DNA from: an uncultured Acidobacteriota bacterium
GTDB lineage: Bacteria; Acidobacteriota; UBA6911; RPQK01; JAPXNP01
Direction of reading: 5' to 3'
DNA: 64,000 bases
Assembly (NCBI GenBank): GCA_963777605.1
Contig: CAVZRV010000027.1
Location: 32,001-96,000, forward strand
The notes below the pieces were generated by a model. That model saw only the letters and a program-made list of their open reading frames with translations. It was not told the origin of the DNA and did not search any database. Position numbers and translations under genes: made by a program. Positions 21,112 to 31,223 of the stretch are shown piece after piece (position 1 is the first letter of the stretch; each line of letters starts with the position of its first letter).

Positions 21112-23436
21112 CTACTCGCCGACGGTCTTCCGACTCTTCCCCATGGCCACGACACGCCGGCGGTATCCGAAGTCCAACGACTCGAAGACTTCGTAGACGG
21201 CGGCCGGATCCCCATCCGCCACCGCGGACTCGAGTCGATTCAGCGCCTCGCGCACCTGCGCCGTTTCCCGGTTGACGGGCTGGGCCACAAAGATCTTCGA
21301 ATAGCGAGTGTCCCGCACGCCGTGCTCCCGCCCGGTCAAGAGTTCCTCGAACATCTTTTCGCCGGGGCGCAATCCAGTGTACTCAATGTCGATGTCTTCT
21401 CCGAGCACAAGCCCGGACTGCTCGATCAGGTCTCGGGCCAGGTCGGCGATCTTGACCGGATCCCCCATATCGAGAACGAACGTCTCTCCGCAGCCGGCCA
21501 GTGAGCCGGCCTGCAGCACCAACTGGACGGCCTCGGGAATGGTCATAAAGTAGCGCTTGATCTCGGGGTGGGTCACCTGGATGTTGCGTCCCTGAGAGAT
21601 CCGCTTCTGGAAGGTCGGCACGACGCTGGCCCTGCTGCCGAGCACGTTTCCAAAGCGCACGCAGCAAAGGCGCGTCCGTTCGGTTTTCTTTGCCGCGCCG
21701 CGCATCACCATCTCCGCAACCCGCTTCGACGCACCCATGACGCTGGTCGGATTGACCGCCTTGTCGGTCGAGATCATCAGGAACCGCTCCGCCCCCGTTT
21801 CCACCGCGAGCTCAACGACGTTCCGCGTCCCGAAAATGTTGTTGGCAACGGCCTCCGTGGGGTTGTGCTCCATCATGGGAACATGCTTGTAGGCAGCCGC
21901 GTGCAGGATCACTTCGGGACGATAATCGGCAAAGACCTGCGCCAGGCGACGGCGGTCCCGGACGTCGGCCATGATCTCAACCAGCGGCGTGGGCGAGTTT
22001 TCACGAAGGTCGATTGCGACCTCGAAAAGTCCATTCTCGTCCTTGTCCAACAGCAGAAGGCTCTGCGGGCTGTAGTCCCGCAACTGGCGAACGATTTCCG
22101 AGCCGATCGACCCGGCGGCCCCGGTCACCAGGATCCGCTTTCCGGCGTAGGCCGAAATCAACTGGGCATCGCCCTCCGGAAACTCGACACTGTCCCGACC
22201 CAGCAAGTCCTCGATCCGCACGGGTCTGCAATCGGCTCACCCGGACGCGGCCAAGCAGGATCTCCGACAGCGCGGGCACGCTGCTGACCTTGATCCCTTC
22301 AGCTTCACAGTCCGCCACGATTCGCCGTGCGGCAACCTTGGGAACGCTCGGCATCGCCAGGATGACCTCGTCCACCGAGGTCGCCTCGACGATTTCCCGG
22401 ATCTGGCGGGTCGTTCCCAGAACCCGCACTCCGTGGATCTCCCGCTTGCGTTTCCGCGGGTCGTCGTCCAGGAATCCGACGATCTCGAAATCTCTCCGCC
22501 GCCCCAGTTCATCGATCAGCTGAACCCCGGCATCGCCGGCGCCGACCAGAAGCACCCGGCGTCGATTGACCCGTTCCGGATGGCGGCCCCCGCGCCAGAC
22601 GGAGTGACGGAACTGGACCCGGCGCAACCCTCGAACCGAGAGAAGCCCTACGAAGGCCAGCGGCGCATGGACCATCAGGATGCCAAAGGGTATCCGCAGC
22701 AGCGGGTACTGTTCCAGTAACAGAATCCGCGCAACAATCAGCGTCAGCGCCGCAGTCGAAACCGCCAATCCGATCACGATCGCTTCCCGAATACTCGTGA
22801 ACCGCCAGACAAAGCGCCCGACACCCCAGAACTGGGTAACCAGGATGTAGAGAAGAATCACGTAAGGGGCGACGACGATGAACTGTTTCTGGTAATTGAT
22901 CGGGGGCATCCCGTCAAACCGGATCAGGTAACTGAATGCCAGGGTCCCCCCAACCGCCACTGCGTCAATAAAGAGCTGGGCCCCGCGGCTGAAGGGAACC
23001 TTATCCTGAATCCCCAGCCCGATGTTCCGGCTCATCGCATACGCCGCAAATCCGACCAGCGCACAGATCCAGGCCAACGCCCAGGTGACTCGCGGAAACA
23101 CGTGATCCTGGGGCAGAAGCACGCTGATGAGGCCCATCAGGGCAAAGAAGGAAGTCAAGGCAGCCAGGTCAGTGACCGGAGACTGCTGCAGGCGGGGAAT
23201 CGCAGCCAGCAGCACCCGGTAGCCCAGATAGCAGCCGAACCCGAGAAGAAACCCAGGGAACAGGGCGTGGCGAAAAGCCTCGACAGAATAGCTCACGTAG
23301 GCCCAGTAACGCCGACGAGCTCTCGCCGGAAGCCGCCGGCCCAAAAAGGAGAAACCGGACGCTCAAAGCCGCCATCAACGACGCCGACACCAAGCCCGAC
23401 AACGCCGCGAAAGCGCAACGGATCCTTCCAAGTCAT
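21112..23436 (-). pseudogene. CapD/PglF-type polysaccharide biosynthesis protein (membrane-bound nucleotide-sugar 4,6-dehydratase), frameshifted
   Basis: TM region plus VLLVGAGDAG/FLDDD (22001-23344), then IEDLLGR, TGAAGSIGSE, HAAAYKHVP, STDKAVNP, RFGNVLGS, GLRPGEK (21112-22221). Frameshift near 22225, with probable further shifts near 23300 and 23425. Confidence 0.8.
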
Positions 23437-23632
23437 TCCCAACAGTCCTGTCCCCGGCTCACGAAACAATGGTCGTCCCCCCCAGAAACGATTTACGACC
23501 GTCGGCGGCGGTCAACCTTCATCGAGAGCTCGACCGCTTACCTTGGGTTTCGGGTAGAAAAAGCATCCCCACCTGCTCCCTGATCGAAGCCACCAACCCA
23601 CCCAACCGGTAGGAAATCGGGAAACCACGACG

Positions 23633-23851
23633 CTACCCGGTCTTCTCCAGAATCAGGTTCTCCGTCGAGAGATTGAAAATGTCACGAAGCGAATAATTCC
23701 TGGCAGCATCCAGTACTTCGAACCCGATGACCAAACCCTGCTCGTCCAGATCAAGGATCACACCGTCCGACACTTCCCTGGATTCAGCAATCTCCTTCTC
23801 CTGAATTCGGATGTAGAGGGCATCGACATCACGATCATATTCGATTCTCAT
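23633..23851 (-). CDS. DUF2283 family putative antitoxin
   Basis: MRIEYDRDVDALYIRI...GVILDLDEQGLVIGFEVLDA. Confidence 0.88.
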   Translation of the reverse strand: MRIEYDRDVDALYIRIQEKEIAESREVSDGVILDLDEQGLVIGFEVLDAARNYSLRDIFNLSTENLILEKTG

Positions 23852-24028
23852 GAAAGATCCTTCCAGACAACCGTGATCACGACTGTCTCCTGATCGGTCT
23901 CCTTATAGGTTACTCTCAGAATGCGTTCACCGAATAACTTTGCTGCATTCTTCCTCCCGAAAGCCGACTCCTCCACGCGACTCGGCCCTTTCAGGACATC
24001 GAGTACTTCCGATTCAGAAACCTGCCGG
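23848..24028 (-). pseudogene. DUF4258 family putative toxin, N-terminally truncated
   Basis: VSESEVLDVLKGP...GRKNA...ILRVTY...VVITVVW overlaps the DUF2283 start; the N-terminus is replaced by repeat DNA. Confidence 0.65.
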
Positions 24029-24048
24029 CCTCCCTGGCCGGCCCTCCC

Positions 24049-24103
24049 CCTCCGCGTCACCGCGGTGATCAGCTTATCGAGTTCGTTTCGAGTAACGGGT
24101 TTC
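24049..24103 (+). repeat. direct repeat, left of abrB-vapC
   Basis: cctccgcgtcaccgcggtga...tcgtttcgagtaacggg, second copy at 24975-25028. Confidence 0.85.
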
Positions 24104-24238
24104 GGGCGCACAACATCCGGGAATCGGGAAAAACACAACAGCCCCGCAACCTGAACCAGAACCGTAGAACTTGGCACGTTGACCACTAAACGTAGAACTT
24201 ATTGATTTTCGGGGTAACATAGTCGCAAGAGGTGTAAC

Positions 24239-24475
24239 ATGGCGACATCCCGGGTAACTGAAAAGGGTCAGGTTGTCATTCCCGCCGAAATCAGGCGTAA
24301 ATACAACATCAAGAAGGGTACCCGCGTCGTGGTTACGGAGACCGAGGGCCGGGCGATCCTGGTCAAGCCGATCCCCGATGACCCGATCGAGGCGTCTAAA
24401 GGCGCACTGAAAGGGAAGATATCCCTGGCAAACGCCCTGATCGAGGATCGACGCGAGGAAGCCGCGCGTGGATGA
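24239..24475 (+). CDS. AbrB/MazE family antitoxin
   Basis: SRVTEKGQVVIPAEIRRKYNIKKG. Confidence 0.92.
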   Translation: MATSRVTEKGQVVIPAEIRRKYNIKKGTRVVVTETEGRAILVKPIPDDPIEASKGALKGKISLANALIEDRREEAARG

Positions 24476-24872
24476 AACCTACGTTCTGGACAGCTACGCT
24501 TTACTGGCTCATCTCGAGGGAGAGGCCGGCGCCGGCCGGGTCGAGTCCATCCTGAGAGCAGCTCAAGAGGGGAAAACAAGACTATTCCTGTCGGTAATCA
24601 ATCTGGACGAGATCTTCCACATCACGCTTCGAGAATTGGGTCACAGAAAAGCCGAAGAGGCCCTTTTCCTCGTCGAGCAGCTTCCGCTGGAAATTGTCGA
24701 TGCCGACCGGGAACTGACTCTCCAAGCCGCGCGGCTCAAAGCCGCCTACCCGGTCGCCTACGCCGACTGTTTCGCCGCGGCACTGGCCAGACGGGAACAG
24801 GCAAAGGTCGTCACCGGCGACCCGGAATTCGACCGTTTCGGCCAGGAAGTCCCCATCGAACGCCTTCCCTGA
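24468..24872 (+). CDS. vapC: VapC PIN-domain toxin
   Basis: YVLDSYALLA, LSVINLDE, YADCFAAALA, VVTGDPEF. Confidence 0.9.
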   Translation: MDETYVLDSYALLAHLEGEAGAGRVESILRAAQEGKTRLFLSVINLDEIFHITLRELGHRKAEEALFLVEQLPLEIVDADRELTLQAARLKAAYPVAYADCFAAALARREQAKVVTGDPEFDRFGQEVPIERLP

Positions 24873-24974
24873 CGGAAGCATTTTCGGTTTACGATTTCAG
24901 ATTTTCGATTTGATCGGCCCCTCGTACGCGGGCATCAACTCAGAAGCGCCCAACCCCTCCGCGAAACCTCAGCG

Positions 24975-25028
24975 CCTCCGCGCCACCGCGGTGAACAACG
25001 GCCGAGATCGTTTCGAGTAACGGGCTTC
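24975..25028 (+). repeat. direct repeat, right of abrB-vapC
   Basis: see 24049-24103. Confidence 0.85.
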
Positions 25029-25082
25029 TGGTTTCGAGTGGGAATAGCGGGCAAGCCAGAAAGACCAGAAACCCCTAAAACC

Positions 25083-25440
25083 CTAAACCCCAGTCCCCAG
25101 CACTCCCACGATCCGGTCCGCCGCCCGCCCATCCCAAAGCGGAATCTCCCGAGCCCGCTTCGGCGCCTTCAGCTGCGCCATCGCCGCCCGATACACCGCC
25201 TCCGGATCACTCCCCGCCAAAACATTCGACCCCAACTCAACGGTAATCGGCCGCTCCGTATTGTCCCGAGCGGTCACGCAGGGGACATCCAGAAAGGACG
25301 TCTCCTCCTGGATTCCCCCGCTGTCGGTCACCACCAGCCGGGCATGCTTCATCACCCCAAGAAACTCCAGGTACCCCATCGGCTCGACCAGTTCGAGCCC
25401 TTTCAACGGCGGCCCGCCGTTTTCCGAGAACCGTTTCCCA
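25083..25440 (-). pseudogene. wecB: UDP-GlcNAc 2-epimerase (non-hydrolysing), C-terminal fragment
   Basis: EPMGYLEF, VTDSGGIQEE, RDNTERP, WDGRAADRI; roughly the N-terminal two thirds are missing. Confidence 0.85.
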
Positions 25441-25604
25441 ACCACGTTAAGAATGCGAATCACATTAACTCCCCGATCAAGGGACTCCAAGCCCGCTTTG
25501 GAGTGCTGAAGCGGAGCAAGGTAAAAACAGCTTATTCCCGACGCGGAGATCGGCGAGGTCAAGAAGAAGTCCCGAACCTTCAATCTTGAGGCACACCAAT
25601 AGTA

Positions 25605-26663
25605 TCAAGCACCGAAACCACCTCTTCTCATAAACACTCGCCTCTCGGCACGATGTGTAAACGCGAGAAGCGCCAGGAACAGAACTGGCACGATCACAAT
25701 CGAAGCCAATCCGGCAGAAGAGTACCCGGCGGCTAAAAGCACAGCAAGACCTGACCCAGTCAAAGCCAGCCCACCATAAAGGACCGTAACGAACTGGTGA
25801 GAGTACCCGGCAATCACCAGGCGCTGGTAGAGATGAGACCGGTGGGCTTTGAAAACGTTCTCCCCCCGCAGCACACGCCGACATAACGTGAAGGAAGAAT
25901 CCGCTAAAAACGGCCACAGTAAAAGAGCACTACTGAGAAGAAATACGGGATCCATGACGCCACTTACAATCGTCATGATCGCAAAGGCGAAGCCCAGGAA
26001 GGAACTGCCGACGTCCCCCATGAAGATTCGGGCAGGAGACCAGTTATGCACTAAGAAGCCAACCGATGCCCCCAGAACAAGGGCTCCAAGAACCAACAAG
26101 AAAGCGCTACCGCTGTAAACCCCAATTCCGAGCCACCCCAAGGATGCAGTGACCGACTGTACACCAGCAATGCCATCGATCCCATCCATGAAATTGTAGA
26201 TATTCGTCACTCCCACGATCCAGACGACAGCGACTCCCAATACCAGAAAAGCCACCGACGGATCTGGAACACTGGTTAAGTTCGGTTGATCAAAGATCCG
26301 AAATGCCCAAACCCACCCGACAGCTATACACACTTGAACGACAAGGCGAAGTAACGCGGACAGAGGGCGGACATCATCAATGAAGCCAAGGATGGCAACT
26401 GCAAACGATGACGCGGCAAATGCCAGAACCGATCGCCAACCGATTCCCGGAAAGAACAGTCTCCCTAAGAAAAGGCCGCCTATAGTGACAACAACGATCG
26501 CCGCCCCTCCTCCTCGCGGCGTCGGATTCTGATGCGAACTGCGTTGGTTGGGAACATCCAGAACCTGATTCCTGGCGGCCCAAACAACAAGACGAGCAAC
26601 CAGACCCGCCGAAATGAACCCGGACACGAAGACCACAACGGCGAGAAAAAGACCGGTCCTCAT
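25605..26663 (-). CDS. MraY/WecA (WbpL-like) initiating sugar-phosphate transferase
   Basis: DVPNQRSSHQNPTPRGGG, GFIDD, NFMDGIDG, FMGDVGS, AHRSHLYQRL; ATG at 26663. Confidence 0.9.
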   Translation of the reverse strand: MRTGLFLAVVVFVSGFISAGLVARLVVWAARNQVLDVPNQRSSHQNPTPRGGGAAIVVVTIGGLFLGRLFFPGIGWRSVLAFAASSFAVAILGFIDDVRPLSALLRLVVQVCIAVGWVWAFRIFDQPNLTSVPDPSVAFLVLGVAVVWIVGVTNIYNFMDGIDGIAGVQSVTASLGWLGIGVYSGSAFLLVLGALVLGASVGFLVHNWSPARIFMGDVGSSFLGFAFAIMTIVSGVMDPVFLLSSALLLWPFLADSSFTLCRRVLRGENVFKAHRSHLYQRLVIAGYSHQFVTVLYGGLALTGSGLAVLLAAGYSSAGLASIVIVPVLFLALLAFTHRAERRVFMRRGGFGA

Positions 26664-26689
26664 CGAGTAATTGAATCCTGAAAATGTGA

Positions 26690-27270
26690 GCCGCTCAAAG
26701 CGGTCAAAACGTCGCCGCCTGCGCGGCAACTTGCGCCACCTGAAGGTGGCTACTGATCAAACAGTTTAGGCTGATCCCGACGTCGATCCTCCGCTTCCTG
26801 TTGTTGGATGTACTCACGGATGACGGCCTCTTCGCGGCCCACCGTCGAAACGAAGTACCCACAGGCCCAGAAGTGCTGGCCCACGAAATTCCGCCGCCTC
26901 TCGCTGAAGTTCCGGGCGATGTGGATCGCACTCTTCCCCTTGATGTAACCCACGACCCAGGCCTACCGAGTCTTTCGGCGGAATCGAGATCATCATGTGT
27001 ACGTGATCCGGTCTCACTTTCCTGGTGTTGAGCCAACTGCCGAAACAGCGGACCCAGTTCCCCGCGCAACGTCCCAAAAATCACTTTCCTCCGGTATTTC
27101 GGGATAAACAGCACGTGATACTTACACTCCCACTTCGTGTGCGTTAGACTTCTGTAGTTCGTCATTGAACTCCCTTTCGTGCAGCTTTGGTCGGCTCACG
27201 AAGGGGAGTTCTCATTCAGATTTCCGCAAATGTCAAACTTCGGCTGCCTCCCCGGCAGAGCCGGGGGGAC
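26690..27270 (-). mobile_element. tnpA: IS200/IS605 family element with degenerate tnpA
   Basis: HTKWECKYHV.FIPKYRRK, PDHVHM, YIKGKS, FW..GYFVSTVG, EYIQQQ across frames; subterminal hairpins ccccggcagagccgggg and gccacctgaaggtggc. Confidence 0.88.
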
Positions 27271-27292
27271 TCTCGATTTGGTCTAGAATCCG

Positions 27293-28291
27293 TCAGTCGG
27301 CCGAGGCCATCTGCCGGACAGTCTCCTGCCAGCCCGTTCGAAGGTCGAACCGAGGTCTAAAACCCAAGCGAGCAGCGATCTTCCGCCCACTAACGGCAAC
27401 ATCTTCAACCATCTTATCTACCGTATTTACGGTTATCGGAGAATCCCGGTGAAGGTGGGCGAAGACAAACTCACACGATTGCGCCAATGATCGGGCCAAC
27501 GGGACCGGGATATGAAACCTCGGAGGACTCTTCCCTAGGGCCGCGGAGATTTCACCAACGATTTCGCTGAAGGTATGAATCGAACCGTCGGTAACATTAA
27601 ATGTTTCACCGGATGCAAGCGGATGCTCGGCCGCAAGAATGGCAGCAGAGGATACATCTTCCACATGAACGAGCGTTCGCCGATTCCTTCCTTTCCCTAT
27701 CGGAACGAACCAACCTCGCTTCAGAGCGTTTACCAGGCGAGGATAGTTGCCCTTCATTCGAGGCCCATAGACCGCCCCAAGCCTCAAGATCACGGCATTG
27801 CTGTCCTGCCGCACCAACTCCTCAGCCCTCGCTTTGGTTTCTGCGTACAGCGAGTCCGGAGAAACGGAAGAAGTTTCATCCCAAACGAGCCCGGCTCGGC
27901 TTGGACCGTAGACATTGACTGTACTGAAAAAAACAAAACGGCTAACCCCTGCCCGCCTCGCAGCGTCGAGCACAATTTCCGTTCCATGAACATTTACTAA
28001 CTCGTACTCCGAACGCATCTCTTCGGTCTGTCGATTAATGTGCAGCTTTGCCGCCAAATGGAAAACCACGTCCGCCCCAGAGGCAGCCCGGTCAACCGCA
28101 CCCGGCTCGGTAATATCAGCAAGCATCGGTGTCACTTTTTCGCTGTACGGGAGACCAACCCCCGATCGATCCAGTGCCCGTACAGGATAGCCACGAAGTA
28201 ACAACTGTCGAATCAGCCCCGGCCCAATTGCTCCAGAAGAACCCGTAACAAGTGCGACAGGCCGACTACCTTGGTTCTGGCGTGCCGACAT
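27293..28291 (-). CDS. NAD-dependent epimerase/dehydratase
   Basis: TGSSGAIG, FHLAA, YAETK, VYGP, VHVED. Confidence 0.85.
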   Translation of the reverse strand: MSARQNQGSRPVALVTGSSGAIGPGLIRQLLLRGYPVRALDRSGVGLPYSEKVTPMLADITEPGAVDRAASGADVVFHLAAKLHINRQTEEMRSEYELVNVHGTEIVLDAARRAGVSRFVFFSTVNVYGPSRAGLVWDETSSVSPDSLYAETKARAEELVRQDSNAVILRLGAVYGPRMKGNYPRLVNALKRGWFVPIGKGRNRRTLVHVEDVSSAAILAAEHPLASGETFNVTDGSIHTFSEIVGEISAALGKSPPRFHIPVPLARSLAQSCEFVFAHLHRDSPITVNTVDKMVEDVAVSGRKIAARLGFRPRFDLRTGWQETVRQMASAD

Positions 28292-29543
28292 CGGACTCTC
28301 GCTCCGTCAATTCCCGAATCAAAGCATCATACTGGAGGGCAACCGTACGCTTCGAATGGCGCTCAACGACGTACCGTCGACCACTTTCCCCCTTTGCAAG
28401 GCCTTCCTTCCGGTTCTCATAAGCGTGTCGGACAGCTTCAGACATCGCCTTTGCATCGTCAGGGGGAACGGTCCAGCCACAATCGGCCTCCTTCACGACC
28501 CACGTCAACTCCGAGTCCGTGTCCGCCGACACCAGAACCGGGCGCCCAGCAGCCATTATTGTGTAAATCTTCGATGGAAATGTCCCCTGCGCAGTACCTT
28601 GCTTAAGTGGAACAACACACAAGTCGCACGCCGCATAGATATCTGGAACGACCGACGACGGTTGGTATGGCAACATGAGCAGGTTTTCTAAGCCCTTCCT
28701 CGTAACTTCACTCTTAAGCCAATCTCGCCGCGACCCATCGCCAATCAAGACAAATTTAAGTTCAGATAAATCTCGCAATCCTTCCGCTGCACCCAAGATG
28801 CTCTCAAAACTTTGAGTCAATCCTAAATTACCCGCGTACAGAACAACAAAGCTGTCGTCAAATCCATGGTGACTTGAGAACGCATTCTTTCGATCAAGAG
28901 GCCTGATGAATTCCGTATCGACAAAATTCGGGATGACTCGAAGTTTCGATTCTGGAACTCCCTTCGAAATAAGCCTTTTTCTGAAGAATTCCGAAATAAC
29001 AACGACCGTCCTTGCCCTACGGTAGACGAACATCTCTAATTTAAAAAGAATCCGAATTAGAAATCGATTCCGGATAACGCCCAGACTAACTGCAATATCC
29101 GGGTAAATTTCTTGAACATTGTAGATGAAGCCACCACCGCCCCTCATTGAAAGCAGCCAGGCCACGAGGCCAATACTCAGGGGAGGAGAAGGCGCAAAGA
29201 TAATGTCCCATCGCGGAGCCTTGATAAGACTGGCGCAAAGACTCAAGAAATGAAAACTTGCATAGTCGAACAATCGACCTATGATTCGACTACCCTTTGC
29301 CTTTACACGAGCGTGGTACACGGTTATTCCATCGCAGTTGCTTTCATCGAGAAGCCCCGCCCAACAACGTTTGAGCGGTTGGACCCTCCTGGCGTCGACA
29401 TCACAGTTATAATGTGGCGTTGTTGTCGCCACAGTCAACTTATGCCCCAATCCCTGCAACTCAAGCCCCAATTGAGTAAGCAGAACGGATGTAGAAACTG
29501 CGTCAGGTGAAAAGACGAGTGTCGTAAAGAGAATCTCAGCCAC
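28266..29543 (-). CDS. glycosyltransferase family 4 (WcaI/WbuB-like)
   Basis: SPPL, YNVQEIYPD, IPNFVD, YAGNLG, FPSKIYTIMAAGRPV. Confidence 0.9.
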   Translation of the reverse strand: MAEILFTTLVFSPDAVSTSVLLTQLGLELQGLGHKLTVATTTPHYNCDVDARRVQPLKRCWAGLLDESNCDGITVYHARVKAKGSRIIGRLFDYASFHFLSLCASLIKAPRWDIIFAPSPPLSIGLVAWLLSMRGGGGFIYNVQEIYPDIAVSLGVIRNRFLIRILFKLEMFVYRRARTVVVISEFFRKRLISKGVPESKLRVIPNFVDTEFIRPLDRKNAFSSHHGFDDSFVVLYAGNLGLTQSFESILGAAEGLRDLSELKFVLIGDGSRRDWLKSEVTRKGLENLLMLPYQPSSVVPDIYAACDLCVVPLKQGTAQGTFPSKIYTIMAAGRPVLVSADTDSELTWVVKEADCGWTVPPDDAKAMSEAVRHAYENRKEGLAKGESGRRYVVERHSKRTVALQYDALIRELTERESDVGTPEPR

Positions 29544-29624
29544 TTACCACCAAAATCCCTGAGCTCTTATGCCCAAAGCTCCGTGGGCACAAATACAACC
29601 ATTCGTATACCGGCCCCTGCGACA

Positions 29625-30542
29625 TCAGTTGTCTGTGGCCCTACGATCTGAACGATCACTTCCAAACTTCCCAAGGCCGTAGTCCAATGTAGTTGAATAC
29701 CTCGCCTCATAAACACAAGCATCCACGTAGAATCGGAACCAAAATCCATGAAGAACATGATAGATCAAACCTGGTGTTCCGTCGAGGAAACCGCCGCGCA
29801 CAACATACCGAAGCAGGAAGTACAGAAGGCTGCGGATGAACATGGGGCTGCGTGCGTAAATCGAAGTTCGCAACCACCTCCGCCTCTCGATCGCGGAACC
29901 AGTTATGTTCGCTTGCACCTGTCCAACCGCGGAACCAAGGGTCTTTGACCGCAATTCAGCTGCTTCCATTTGTGCCCACCGATTGTGGCGAGCGGTCCAC
30001 GAGAACAGTGATGAGGCCGTCTCTTCTATGAGATCACTTTCTAGCCTGTTTGTCCCACCGATAACCAGAAAATGCTGATCGTATCTTCGGCTCTCACACC
30101 TGCCACAACTTCTCCTAAAAACTCGGCAATGATATGTCGGGTAGATTCCTCCATGCTTAATGTAACTTCCCAGAAACCTTATCTTTCGACGTACCAGGAA
30201 GCCATTGACTCTTTCAAATTGACCCTCACTAAATGCGTTTCTGATCTGTTCAGTCAGATCAGGACTCACCCGTTCATCGGCATCGATGTGAAAAACCCAA
30301 TCATGTGAAAGTGGAAGGTTGTCTTGTGCCCAGTTCCGCTGAGACGCGTAGTCGAGAAAAGGGTGTTCAAAGATATTCCTAGTATATTGTGAAGCGATCT
30401 CTAAAGTTCTGTCGGAGCTCCCTGAGTCAACAATGAAAATTTCGTCAGCCCATCCCTCGATTGTGTCCAGGCAAGACTTGATATTCTTCTCTTCATCTTT
30501 GGTAAGCACAACAGCAGACAAAGGAATTCTACAATTCTTCAT
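29625..30542 (-). CDS. glycosyltransferase family 2
   Basis: VVLTKDEE, VDSGSSDRT, QRNWA, HIDADE, GFLDG. Confidence 0.9.
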   Translation of the reverse strand: MKNCRIPLSAVVLTKDEEKNIKSCLDTIEGWADEIFIVDSGSSDRTLEIASQYTRNIFEHPFLDYASQRNWAQDNLPLSHDWVFHIDADERVSPDLTEQIRNAFSEGQFERVNGFLVRRKIRFLGSYIKHGGIYPTYHCRVFRRSCGRCESRRYDQHFLVIGGTNRLESDLIEETASSLFSWTARHNRWAQMEAAELRSKTLGSAVGQVQANITGSAIERRRWLRTSIYARSPMFIRSLLYFLLRYVVRGGFLDGTPGLIYHVLHGFWFRFYVDACVYEARYSTTLDYGLGKFGSDRSDRRATDN

Positions 30543-30551
30543 CTTAGAAAA

Positions 30552-31223
30552 CTATCCGACAATATCTGTGGACAAGGTTTGCGGAGCAGACTTCTTGAGT
30601 GCTACTATAAATTGGCACATCCAAACGGGCCAATACCGACCTATTCCTTTCCAGAAGACAGGCTCAAAACCAGCGGTCCATAAACACCGTTCTAGAGAGG
30701 CCCGAGTAAAGAACCTGATATGAGACAAATATGGGCTGTAATGTGTCTCAAAAGAAGTCAGCGCAATTAGGACATTCTTTACAAACCCATGATACGGAAC
30801 CGTTAATATCAGCGCCCCTCCAGGATCCAGTAACCGATTAAACTCTACAAGTGTGATGTGGACATCCAGGAGATGCTCCAAAACTTCTGTACACCAAATG
30901 GCACCGAACCTCCGATGACGTGAAAATGGTAGTGAAGTTTGCAGCGATGCCACCGCAAATCTACCGTGGGGAAAGCTCTTCCGTGCTTTGCCGATCGCAA
31001 ACGGCGAGAGATCGATGCTCGTCACCCTGTGGCCAAAATCGGCCATGAATTTACTGAACTCCCCACTTCCACAACCCGCATCCAGAATCGAGCACCGCTC
31101 TCCCAGATTACCCAAGATAGATTTCAGAGTGGCCTTTCGCTCCGCGACCAGAAGCCCTCCCTCGGCCGGAGATCCTCCCTCTCGCTGCCAATACCGGTCG
31201 TAGAACTCTCTACTTTCCTTCAC
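30552..31223 (-). CDS. class I SAM-dependent methyltransferase
   Basis: ILDAGCGSG, EVLEHL, LTVP, HIRFFT; GTG start overlaps the upstream stop. Confidence 0.88.
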   Translation of the reverse strand: MKESREFYDRYWQREGGSPAEGGLLVAERKATLKSILGNLGERCSILDAGCGSGEFSKFMADFGHRVTSIDLSPFAIGKARKSFPHGRFAVASLQTSLPFSRHRRFGAIWCTEVLEHLLDVHITLVEFNRLLDPGGALILTVPYHGFVKNVLIALTSFETHYSPYLSHIRFFTRASLERCLWTAGFEPVFWKGIGRYWPVWMCQFIVALKKSAPQTLSTDIVG

